Positions 1 through 7,396 of a stretch of 64,000 bases of DNA are shown here, piece by piece. Within the stretch, counting starts at the first letter, position 1. Each line of letters starts with the position of its first letter. The notes under the pieces were generated by a model, which had not been told where the DNA came from, ran no database searches, and worked only from the letters and a program-made list of their open reading frames with translations. Position numbers and translations under genes: made by a program. This DNA comes from a virus. The DNA is taken from IMG/VR virus record IMGVR_UViG_3300027852_000003, positions 1 to 64,000 of that record; one strand, 5' to 3'.

Positions 1-105
1 CGGCACTTCTTGACCTTGAACATTTTTGGGGGCAATCCGCCCAAGAATTTTTATTCCTCGCTTTTCATACTGTTCCCAGTTTGTCCACTTATGTATAAAA
101 CACAT
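1..105 (-). CDS. Small Cys-x-His-Lys-Trp zinc-ribbon-type protein, 5' part only (runs off the left edge)
   Basis: Minus-strand ATG at 105. The first 35 codons (MCFIHKWTNWEQYEKRGIKILGRIAPKNVQGQEVP) are nucleotide-identical to the 59-aa ORF 14301..14480. Confidence 0.45.
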   Translation of the reverse strand, partial: MCFIHKWTNWEQYEKRGIKILGRIAPKNVQGQEVP

Positions 106-116
106 AATACCCCCCT
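1..116. repeat. 116-bp perfect direct repeat, copy A (copy B at 14376..14491)
   Basis: Read base by base, 1..116 is identical to 14376..14491 and identity stops at 117/14492. Copy A touches the window edge and may extend leftwards. Confidence 0.95.
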
Positions 117-176
117 ATCATCTGTTGGAAAATCCAGATATTGCTTTTTTTAAATTATTTCTTTTGTCCGTCGCAA

Positions 177-192
177 TAACGCCAAAATCAGC
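177..192. repeat. 16-nt intergenic motif TAACGCCAAAATCAGC, copy 1 of 3
   Basis: The same 16-mer occurs at 1441..1456 and 43899..43914. All three copies are intergenic. Confidence 0.85.
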
Positions 193-201
193 AGTAATTT
201 G

Positions 202-402
202 TTATGTTTTATTTACATCAACCCCGCAATACGGGCAAAAAAAGGGGGCACCAGAATCAGGAACTTGTGATACTAAATAATAGTCTCCCGAATTGCTATA
301 TGTCTCCTCGATAAAATTAACACTAAATGCCATTTCACATTTGGGGCAAGTGATAACTGACACCTTTTGTTCAATACTTACCTTACGGTTAATCGCTTTC
401 AT
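202..402 (-). CDS. Hypothetical zinc-ribbon protein (66 aa)
   Basis: ORF track entry with CPKC...CPYC cysteine pairs. It overlaps the upstream gene stop by 4 nt. Confidence 0.6.
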   Translation of the reverse strand: MKAINRKVSIEQKVSVITCPKCEMAFSVNFIEETYSNSGDYYLVSQVPDSGAPFFCPYCGVDVNKT

Positions 403-725
403 AAATCACCTCTTGAACGGTTAAGTTCACCAGCCGCCGTTTTTTGGCGGTCTGAGTGAAACGATTGATTAGGCATATTGCCTTCTAAAAATTTCATCCT
501 TAATGTGGGGTAGTAGGTCCCTATTTTATCGTCCTTGACTACCCAATCTCCGACCCTAATAATAGCAGTTTCACCGTGAACCGTGGTTACATTTAATATC
601 GGCAAGCCATCTTCAAAACCAGCGTTGTAATTTCCTGTAAGAGAATTAAACACTCTGTCTTTGTTCTCCTGCGTGAATTGAACAGCCTCAACTTGCTTTG
701 GTAAACTTTGGTATATTTGAAACAT
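399..725 (-). CDS. Hypothetical conserved-looking phage protein (108 aa)
   Basis: ATG at 725 is preceded by AGGAGA at 8 nt. The track ORF was trimmed because its upstream part overlaps the methyltransferase gene. Confidence 0.6.
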   Translation of the reverse strand: MFQIYQSLPKQVEAVQFTQENKDRVFNSLTGNYNAGFEDGLPILNVTTVHGETAIIRVGDWVVKDDKIGTYYPTLRMKFLEGNMPNQSFHSDRQKTAAGELNRSRGDL

Positions 726-756
726 TATACAATCTCCTACTTTATAACGTATTAGC

Positions 757-1416
757 TCATTGCCCAAAAACATCATTCCCAACAGAGCAAAAAGGTTTAT
801 GCTTTTCGCCAATCTCTACACCGCATACATGGCAGCGTTTTTTGTCTGGGGAAAGTGGCTTGCTATCTTTCTTCTCAAGTTTCAACTCTTCAGGGTCTAA
901 AATTTTTTTCCTAAAATATATCGCAACCCTTGGCACATGATATGTTCGTCTGCCGATAAATACCCGTTTAACCACTTCATACTTTTTTGGGTTCGGGTTT
1001 GGCATCATATATTTGTGGTAAATAATTAATAACCCTCCTGGCTTCAATACCATGTCGCATTGTTCTGTCCATTGTTTATAGTTTATTTTGCCTGTCCCGT
1101 ATAGCTCTTTGCTTTCCTCGTTTGAATATGGAGGGTCTGCAAGGATTATATCAAACAAATTCTTGTTCCAATGTTTGGCGAAGGTATGTGCATCTGCAAG
1201 ATGGTCTGGCTTAACTTCTGGATTAATATCAACCCTAAATCCTTGCTTATTCATTCCACAAAATAAGTTTAATATTTCAACACTTGAACTTTTTAACAAT
1301 TTTAAAGCTAAGTTAAGCAACCAATCCTCGGCATATAATGGCATCCCACCCTTGTAGTGGTCAGGCTTCGGCCTCGGCAATACCCATGCGATGTTTTTCT
1401 CTTGTGTCGGTGTCAT
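757..1416 (-). CDS. SAM-dependent DNA methyltransferase (N6-adenine/N4-cytosine type, DPPY motif)
   Basis: FDIILADPPYSNEE catalytic motif and LNLFCGMNK SAM-binding-like motif. ATG at 1416 follows AAGGAGA. Confidence 0.8.
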   Translation of the reverse strand: MTPTQEKNIAWVLPRPKPDHYKGGMPLYAEDWLLNLALKLLKSSSVEILNLFCGMNKQGFRVDINPEVKPDHLADAHTFAKHWNKNLFDIILADPPYSNEESKELYGTGKINYKQWTEQCDMVLKPGGLLIIYHKYMMPNPNPKKYEVVKRVFIGRRTYHVPRVAIYFRKKILDPEELKLEKKDSKPLSPDKKRCHVCGVEIGEKHKPFCSVGNDVFGQ

Positions 1417-1452
1417 TGCTTGAAATCTCCTTAAAAAAGATAACGCCAAAAT

Positions 1453-1490
1453 CAGCGGCGCAGTCCCTTTGCGTCCGCTGCATTTTTTTT
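1453..1490. terminator. GC hairpin with flanking T/A runs (bidirectional terminator-like), overlapping motif copy 2
   Basis: CAGCGGCGCA-GTCCCTT-TGCGTCCGCTG stem-loop. It is followed by CATTTTTTTT on plus and by ATTTTGG on minus, and lies between two minus-strand genes. Confidence 0.5.
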
Positions 1491-1491
1491 G

Positions 1492-2661
1492 TTAGGCGAC
1501 TAACTTACTCAACCAATAAGCATATAAAAAATCAACTCCCGTATATTCCAGTTTTTCAGAACATTTTAAATCTGAATTTCTGAACTCTCTTTCAAAACTG
1601 CTACTCTTCCAGTATACAGTGCTGACCGGCCGCTCCCTGATCGACACTACATACGCCCTCTTTTTTTCTTCCTTGATGTCTATGTAATATTTTTTATCAT
1701 CCGGGAAATTGTTGAGCGTTCTCATCCCTTTTTCTATGGCTTCTTTTCTGTCCTTTCCCTCTAAAAAGTGAGCGGCAAGAAAACAGATCGGCGGCACTCC
1801 ATCGCTTCCCACAGAATCCCACAGAAAGCCAGCCCCTTTTACGGCTCGCTTATGGATATGGGCGTTTTTCAACTTGGCTGACACTATCAATAAGGTGAAC
1901 AGGTTAGTATTCAGGTAAAATACATTGCTAGCTTTCTTGAACCTGCCTAACCCTACCAAGGGCCAGGTAATTAGCCAGTCATACAGATGCAAGCGGAATT
2001 TCCAAAAAGTCCTTTTATATCTACCCGGGTCTATTAATTCGCCGAACATGAACCACGCATATTTCAACGTGCTGTAGAACGAGGCGGGAACAGGCCCCAG
2101 CCAAACCCGCAAACTTCCGTGGGTAGTTTCCTCCCCGTCAAAATCATGAATATCGTAATCATCCCGCTTTATCCTGTCCAGCATGGGGATAACAATTCTC
2201 CTTATCTGTTCCCTGAAGTCCGGGAAAAACATCCATGCTAAAGCCATGCCATGGAAAGCATAAGTATATTGATCCGGGCTTACATCAGCAGCAAGACGAT
2301 AATCAGAATATTCACCAGTGCCTTGAAAATGTTTTCTATCCAGGTTTTCGCCGGGATAAGGGCCGGCACTTTTATGAATGCAGCGAGATAGAAGAGGCAA
2401 GCCGAATATCTTATGCTGTAGCTCAAAAAAGTTCAGCATTCTTTCACAGTTTGCCTTTGCCCCAGTTTTTTTAGTTATGTGATATCTCAAGGCTTCCGCT
2501 GCAAGGAATAGGCCTGTCCAGGCAGTTTGATCAGCTTGTCGATTATACCAGGGAGTTGTGCCGATTCTCTCCCGGTAATTCAAAAAGCCTTCCCTGCCGA
2601 AATGGTACTTTTCAATGTTTTGCAAGTAGTATCTTGCTTTTTCTTTTAATCGCATTTTCAA
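1492..2661 (-). CDS. Hypothetical 389-aa protein, aromatic-rich, possibly an alpha/alpha-toroid enzyme fold
   Basis: Long uninterrupted ORF. No motif was recognised with confidence, so the fold suggestion is an impression only. Confidence 0.85.
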   Translation of the reverse strand: MKMRLKEKARYYLQNIEKYHFGREGFLNYRERIGTTPWYNRQADQTAWTGLFLAAEALRYHITKKTGAKANCERMLNFFELQHKIFGLPLLSRCIHKSAGPYPGENLDRKHFQGTGEYSDYRLAADVSPDQYTYAFHGMALAWMFFPDFREQIRRIVIPMLDRIKRDDYDIHDFDGEETTHGSLRVWLGPVPASFYSTLKYAWFMFGELIDPGRYKRTFWKFRLHLYDWLITWPLVGLGRFKKASNVFYLNTNLFTLLIVSAKLKNAHIHKRAVKGAGFLWDSVGSDGVPPICFLAAHFLEGKDRKEAIEKGMRTLNNFPDDKKYYIDIKEEKKRAYVVSIRERPVSTVYWKSSSFEREFRNSDLKCSEKLEYTGVDFLYAYWLSKLVA

Positions 2662-2670
2662 CCACCTCCT

Positions 2671-2928
2671 TTAAATAATAAAACCAAACTTATCCACTTT
2701 TGGCAGACGTAATTGCAGATTAGGTGTTTCTGTTTGTATATCGCTTGTGGAAGACAATGGCTCGTTTACAACGGTTGGGGCGCATCCCAAAGAGATAGGA
2801 AGAACAACCTTTTCCTCTGGAAAAGCATCATTAAGAATCTTTTTTAGCTCATAGGCTTCTTCTAAACTTAAATTAATTTTATTCTTTCCAATTTCGAGTT
2901 CAACTTTTGATATTTTAATTTGTCCCAT
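2671..2928 (-). CDS. Hypothetical protein (85 aa) starting MGQIKIS
   Basis: ORF track entry. The SD plus first codons are shared with 3207..3392 (a 36-bp repeat). Confidence 0.6.
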   Translation of the reverse strand: MGQIKISKVELEIGKNKINLSLEEAYELKKILNDAFPEEKVVLPISLGCAPTVVNEPLSSTSDIQTETPNLQLRLPKVDKFGFII

Positions 2929-3160
2929 TGTTGCCTCCTTTATCCTCTTGGTTATGTTTCAAATATTCAGCAAACTCACATCCATCATTATGACTTCCCG
3001 GATTATAAAAAAGGCTATTGGTCCCCGTTTTAGTTGTCGCTCCACAAACATGGCAATAATATTTTCCCGGAGGAAATACACCCACAATCGGGGCATAATC
3101 AAATTTTTTTGGCAATGGCTTGGAGTGGGCAAGCCCACAGATACACTTTTCGCTCTGCAT
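2915..3160 (-). CDS. Hypothetical Cys-rich protein (81 aa)
   Basis: ATG at 3160 is preceded by AGGAGGTG. Contains the CICG...CHVCG motifs. Confidence 0.55.
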   Translation of the reverse strand: MQSEKCICGLAHSKPLPKKFDYAPIVGVFPPGKYYCHVCGATTKTGTNSLFYNPGSHNDGCEFAEYLKHNQEDKGGNNGTN

Positions 3161-3206
3161 TTTATTCCACCTCCTATCCCAAAGTATTTTGTATCTTCTT
3201 GGGGCT

Positions 3207-3392
3207 TCATTTTCCCTCCCACTGCTGTTCTCCGGCAAAATACAATCGTTCTTGTTCGGCATCTATAAGGATTTGACTGGCTACTTGTAATGCCTCAGCC
3301 CGGGGTACAACACGACCAATAATCTTTTTATATACAGAAATGGTTATAACAGCATCCCGGCGTCTTTTCCCTGATATTTTAATTTGTCCCAT
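3207..3392 (-). CDS. Hypothetical protein (61 aa) starting MGQIKIS
   Basis: ORF track entry. The 5' end is duplicated from 2671..2928, and the C-terminal ...AGEQQWEGK matches the junction repeat at 4358..4436. Confidence 0.55.
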   Translation of the reverse strand: MGQIKISGKRRRDAVITISVYKKIIGRVVPRAEALQVASQILIDAEQERLYFAGEQQWEGK

Positions 3393-3403
3393 TGTCGCCT
3401 CCT

Positions 3404-3742
3404 TTATTTTTGCTCATTAGGTAAACTGTGTTTCCATGGGAAAAAATCCGTTGTCGCACTCAGATTGATCCAACCTTGGCCGACTGGTTCGACCTCCTTT
3501 AACTTTCCATCCTTAATAGCATCCATAAATCTGCCGCTATCGGCTACCCAAGAAGCATCCGATAGTTCGAGGAAACTTCCCATTATTTTTTCAACTCTTC
3601 CCACCAAATGATACGTAACAGTTCTGAAGAAAAAATTTTTCCCTACCATGTTTCCTAATTGGTCAACGATGTAATCTTCTCCCGGCAAAAGCTGACTTTT
3701 AATTTTTTCATACGTTTCCTCACTGACATTTATTGTCTTCAT
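3404..3742 (-). CDS. Hypothetical protein (112 aa)
   Basis: ORF track entry with GAGAGGAG upstream of the ATG. Confidence 0.7.
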   Translation of the reverse strand: MKTINVSEETYEKIKSQLLPGEDYIVDQLGNMVGKNFFFRTVTYHLVGRVEKIMGSFLELSDASWVADSGRFMDAIKDGKLKEVEPVGQGWINLSATTDFFPWKHSLPNEQK

Positions 3743-3779
3743 GGCTATACTCCTCTCATTTAATGTTAAAGTAAAACAT

Positions 3780-3962
3780 CTATGACGCTGCTCCTGTCCT
3801 TGATCTTGACCCTGCTCCTGTCCTTGATCTTGACCATGACCTTGATCTTGGACTTGATCCTGTCTTTGACATTGATATTGACCCTACTCTTGACCCTACT
3901 CTTGACCATGACCATGACCATGCTCCTGTCCTTGACCCTACCTTTAAGCAACCTATATTCAT
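3780..3962 (-). CDS. Arg/Ser/Gly/Trp-rich low-complexity basic peptide (60 aa)
   Basis: This is the only one of three overlapping frames with a canonical AAGGAGG-8nt-ATG start (ATG at 3962). Confidence 0.4.
   Translation of the reverse strand: MNIGCLKVGSRTGAWSWSWSRVGSRVGSISMSKTGSSPRSRSWSRSRTGAGSRSRTGAAS
3785..3945. repeat. Hexanucleotide-periodic tract (CTTGAY-like units)
   Basis: On plus, every second codon is TTG/CTG/CTA/ATG. All three overlapping ORFs at 3766..3967 derive from it. Confidence 0.9.
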
Positions 3963-4002
3963 ATTAATTTACCTCCTTTCTTTTTTTTTGCTTTCTTGCC
4001 AT

Positions 4003-4257
4003 TCATGCTGTCTCCTTTTGTTCCTGGTTTTTCTCCATTGCCTTTGATGCAATTAGTCGATAAGCCCACTCTATAATGTTGCTCCTTGATTGTGTGAATA
4101 GTAAATAGATAGGCTCTATCATACTCTTTTCAAGGCCAACTTTCTTAACTGCCTCAGCAGCCGTTTCACGAAGCACTGTATCGTAAAATGCTTCAATATT
4201 GGCTGTTTTCATGTTTTTAGAAGTTTCTATCATCGCCAACGCTAACTTAACATCCAT
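4003..4257 (-). CDS. Hypothetical protein (84 aa)
   Basis: ATG at 4257 follows GAAGGGGGGAAG. Confidence 0.6.
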   Translation of the reverse strand: MDVKLALAMIETSKNMKTANIEAFYDTVLRETAAEAVKKVGLEKSMIEPIYLLFTQSRSNIIEWAYRLIASKAMEKNQEQKETA

Positions 4258-4355
4258 CTTCTTCCCCCCTTCTTTTAGAAAAACCGCTTTATATTTTTTA
4301 CGATACAATCTTTCAACAGATTTTTATCGCAAGGAGAAATGGGCTCGTTTTATTT

Positions 4356-4619
4356 TCACCTCCTATTCCAAGTATCTTGTCTCTTCTTTGGGCTTCTTTT
4401 TCCCTCCCCCTGCTGTTCGCCGGCAGGATATAACCGTGCAATAGTCCGGTATGCTTTTTGCACAGCATTGACAGGAGAATCCCCTTCAAATTGAACCCTG
4501 CAAGTGCCAAGTCCTTCATTTGCGCATATCCACAAACGAGGGAATACCGCCGTTATGGTGAACTCTCCCCATCTTTCATACAGCCTTATGCTCATTGTGT
4601 TTATGTCTGGGTATTCCAT
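4356..4619 (-). CDS. Hypothetical protein (87 aa)
   Basis: ORF track entry. The C-terminal part ...AGEQQGEGK lies within the junction repeat. Confidence 0.55.
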   Translation of the reverse strand: MEYPDINTMSIRLYERWGEFTITAVFPRLWICANEGLGTCRVQFEGDSPVNAVQKAYRTIARLYPAGEQQGEGKRSPKKRQDTWNRR

Positions 4620-4633
4620 GATAATCCCCTCAA

Positions 4634-4825
4634 CTAATAATCTACTCTAATTTCAGTTACTTGTACAATCTTGGCAATCACAACTTTGGCTAACTTTTCG
4701 CCCTCTACAGTTTCATGATCCTCGATAGTCCCAGCAGCCTCCACCTGCGCTTCTTCTATCGTCTCGAAATATTCTACTGACGGATAGTAAGGATTGTCAA
4801 TAGTTACAATAAATTCATCTGGCAT
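4634..4825 (-). CDS. Small acidic protein (63 aa)
   Basis: ORF track entry, rich in Glu/Asp, with AAGGAGGTGATT upstream of the ATG. Confidence 0.6.
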   Translation of the reverse strand: MPDEFIVTIDNPYYPSVEYFETIEEAQVEAAGTIEDHETVEGEKLAKVVIAKIVQVTEIRVDY

Positions 4826-4853
4826 TTTTAATCACCTCCTTGGGAGTTACTAT

Positions 4854-5324
4854 CTATTTTTTAAGTCCTTGGTCATATAAATATTCTGCAAGAATATGTT
4901 CAATCTCGTATTGAAGCCAAGCTTCAAGTTCAAAAGGCCGCAATTCTTCACCATTTAAAATCCTTTCATGGTACTGTTGTATATGCGGGAGCAACCGATG
5001 TTTAAAATTAATATCTCCCATTACATATTTTCGCCCACCAGTGTAATATACATCATGGTTTGCATTCCATATAATTTCCGTTGGCATCAAGGCTATGGAG
5101 GCACCACAAAAGCATTCCAATTTAGGAACCATATAGATTTTTTCGTCTGGATCTACTGAATTGCTTTCCCCTACAACGGTCATTTTGGCATCTTCAATAT
5201 CTAATTCTGCACCACATTTGGGACACTCCATCCCACGGTTAAAAGAGGCATGTAAGGAACATAAAGCACAATCATCTTCTCCGGGCGCAAAATTAAACTT
5301 TGACATAAACTCTTTAACTTTCAT
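4854..5324 (-). CDS. Hypothetical zinc-ribbon protein (156 aa)
   Basis: ATG at 5324 follows GGAGGTG. Contains CALC...CPKC pairs. Confidence 0.7.
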   Translation of the reverse strand: MKVKEFMSKFNFAPGEDDCALCSLHASFNRGMECPKCGAELDIEDAKMTVVGESNSVDPDEKIYMVPKLECFCGASIALMPTEIIWNANHDVYYTGGRKYVMGDINFKHRLLPHIQQYHERILNGEELRPFELEAWLQYEIEHILAEYLYDQGLKK

Positions 5325-5341
5325 TTTAAACACCTCCTTTG

Positions 5342-5956
5342 TTATTTATTTACAAAATCTCCCAACTCTCTTACCTCAAAATTAATTACTCTTTTCCGGG
5401 TTAGCAGAGAATCGCAGGTTAAAAATCTTTCCGGCGTGAAAGTCTTCGCAAATAATTTCCCTGGGATCACCTCCTGAACAAAAATATCGTATTTATCCCT
5501 CAACCATTTACGTTTCACCTCAAATTCTCTATGGTTCCTTCCCCTAAACCCTCCCTTAACGTCAACACAGGAAACATCTCTATTCGTCCAAAATGGAACT
5601 GCTGTCAATTTTTTGCCGGAAGTAATATTATCAAAAAAAGTCCCCCGTGTTTTCTCCTCCCAGAGCCAGTGAAAATCATAAGTGTAAGAGCATCCCCGCA
5701 GCAATGACCCCTCCATAGTTTTCACTTTCTTTTTAAGTTGCTTTTCCCATTGGTAATGTTCAGGCTCCCTTAATACATAAGTTTTGGGCTGGTATTCAAC
5801 CTTGCTGACCAGCCCTGCCCTTTCCAGCTCTGATAGATACCATAAAAAATAAACCTCTTCTTTTGAATCGTAGGTGATATCCTGATATTGGTATTTATTT
5901 TTCCGGCCTTGCTTGATTTGTATTATTTTGTCCACTTTTGCGCTCCTTGTCGCCAA
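5342..5956 (-). CDS. PD-(D/E)xK nuclease-like protein (DUF1064-like pattern)
   Basis: Shows DSKEE..YL..LE.AG..S.VEYQP, YTYDF, VDVKG and EVKRKW. This pattern recalls phage DUF1064 endonucleases; the family name is from memory. Confidence 0.6.
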   Translation of the reverse strand: MATRSAKVDKIIQIKQGRKNKYQYQDITYDSKEEVYFLWYLSELERAGLVSKVEYQPKTYVLREPEHYQWEKQLKKKVKTMEGSLLRGCSYTYDFHWLWEEKTRGTFFDNITSGKKLTAVPFWTNRDVSCVDVKGGFRGRNHREFEVKRKWLRDKYDIFVQEVIPGKLFAKTFTPERFLTCDSLLTRKRVINFEVRELGDFVNK

Positions 5957-5965
5957 TGGTTATTC

Positions 5966-6268
5966 CTACCACTCAAAAATAACCTCAACGTTTTCATACC
6001 CAGACTTAGCTAATTCTTCGGCTATATATTCTATAGCTGTTGAATTATCTGAACTTGTTCCTCCAACATAAACTCGATACCCTGTTTCTCCGCAAGAATC
6101 TATATAATATGCAGCTTGCACACACTGAAAATCAGCCCAATTAATGGCCGCATTTTTAAATTTTGTTCTATCTTTATTTGCCATGTCGCAGATACGGATT
6201 GTTCTTTTTTTTAATTCTTTGAGATTATAGTTCATTTTCGCCCCTATGTTCATAAAACTCTTTTTCAT
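5966..6268 (-). CDS. Hypothetical protein (100 aa)
   Basis: ORF track entry with an ATGA overlap with the upstream gene. Confidence 0.65.
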   Translation of the reverse strand: MKKSFMNIGAKMNYNLKELKKRTIRICDMANKDRTKFKNAAINWADFQCVQAAYYIDSCGETGYRVYVGGTSSDNSTAIEYIAEELAKSGYENVEVIFEW

Positions 6269-6543
6269 TCTTTCTCATGTACTTTTATTTCTTGGATTTT
6301 TTGGATTGAACAACAAGGAATAGTCATTCTTCCCATAACTTGATCCTCATGGAGACTTTGAGCTATTGTTTTATATTGGTCTGTTTCATTTATTAAAAAA
6401 CCGACAGACGAGCATATACAAGGCAGTAAAGGCTCTATATCCTCTATGTATTCCCATTCAGAGGTGGTTCCTCTACTATCAAGCCATTCAATTAAGACCA
6501 ATTTACGGTAGAGCTTATGTTGACATTTCCCTGGCATTTTCAA
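6265..6543 (-). CDS. Hypothetical protein (92 aa)
   Basis: ORF track entry with AAAGGAGGTGATTG upstream of the ATG. Confidence 0.65.
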   Translation of the reverse strand: MKMPGKCQHKLYRKLVLIEWLDSRGTTSEWEYIEDIEPLLPCICSSVGFLINETDQYKTIAQSLHEDQVMGRMTIPCCSIQKIQEIKVHEKE

Positions 6544-6566
6544 TCACCTCCTTTAAGACATTTTGA

Positions 6567-6695
6567 CTATGTGCCACTGTACCCGATTTTAAGGGTTATA
6601 GTGCCCACCTTTACTTTGTCGATTTTACCATCTACCGGCACCACCCGGTTGGGTAAAGGCCGTGTCTCCCCTGTACAGTGGGGTTGTTGGTGCAT
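6567..6695 (-). CDS. Possible 42-aa ORF in a GC-rich gap
   Basis: ATG at 6695 follows the purine-rich GAAGAAGAAAG. The alternative is that the gap is structured RNA. Confidence 0.25.
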   Translation of the reverse strand: MHQQPHCTGETRPLPNRVVPVDGKIDKVKVGTITLKIGYSGT

Positions 6696-6729
6696 CTTTC
6701 TTCTTCTGGCACATGGCACCTATTGTTTG

Positions 6730-7029
6730 TTACTTTAACCTCCACCCCTCTTTTTCTACCATGCCCAAAATTGTTTCCATTGAAGAATACTTCAATGTAT
6801 AGATTTTTTCGGCATAATAGTAATCCAATCGTGATAATTTTCTCTTCAACCACACGAAACTCCCGACACAAGAATACAGCTTAACTCCTTCAGCAGGATG
6901 GTATATGATCCAGTAATAATCATCAGGAAATTGATCCGTCCAACCTAAAAGTCGCACTACTTCAAAAAGAGCATCAAAAGCAAGCTCGTTTCTATGCTTA
7001 TTAACTTTTTTTTTGGATAAGTTTTGCAT
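6730..7029 (-). CDS. Hypothetical protein (99 aa)
   Basis: ORF track entry. No clear SD. Confidence 0.55.
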   Translation of the reverse strand: MQNLSKKKVNKHRNELAFDALFEVVRLLGWTDQFPDDYYWIIYHPAEGVKLYSCVGSFVWLKRKLSRLDYYYAEKIYTLKYSSMETILGMVEKEGWRLK

Positions 7030-7156
7030 TGTCCATTTTCAGCAATTTATGAAAGCGGGAGGCGATAATACGCTTAGGGCGTTCTATGTATTTCCACGAC
7101 CAATGTTCCAGGCAAGTCTCCTTTTTGTTGTAATAATTTTTATTTCCATAGTTTTG

Positions 7157-7342
7157 TTATTTGTCCCCCTCCTCTGCCAGTATTTTTCTTGCTCTGTCCA
7201 AAATTTTTACTCCTTCCGCATCGGACATTCCTTGTAATCCTCTTGATTCTGCATATTCAAGCGGCGACATATCAAAAAATGCATCCATAACATCCTTTAA
7301 TGTATCCCGATACTTGTTTTTTGGAATCTCATCAAAAGGCAT
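7157..7342 (-). CDS. Hypothetical protein (61 aa)
   Basis: ORF track entry. Confidence 0.55.
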   Translation of the reverse strand: MPFDEIPKNKYRDTLKDVMDAFFDMSPLEYAESRGLQGMSDAEGVKILDRARKILAEEGDK

Positions 7343-7396
7343 ATATTTTCTCCTCTTTTGTAATGTTTTTGTTCATTTTTTAGTTTCCTTTTTTTA

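Noticed and set aside
3780-3960. TAG-to-Gln recoding. The third minus-strand frame reads (X-Gln)n, and its two TAG codons fall exactly on Gln positions.
   Set aside because: That frame has TGA, TAG and TAA just upstream and no start codon. On the plus strand the same positions are simply synonymous Leu codons (CTA). All large genes in the window, including the 1834-aa ORF, are open under the standard code.
3766-3967. The TTG-initiated 3766..3951 and plus-strand 3782..3967 ORFs as the real products of the periodic tract
   Set aside because: Neither has a properly spaced SD. They are kept only as alternatives in the finding.
6632-6871. 79-aa minus ORF 6632..6871
   Set aside because: It overlaps the better-supported 6730..7029 gene in another frame and has no SD.
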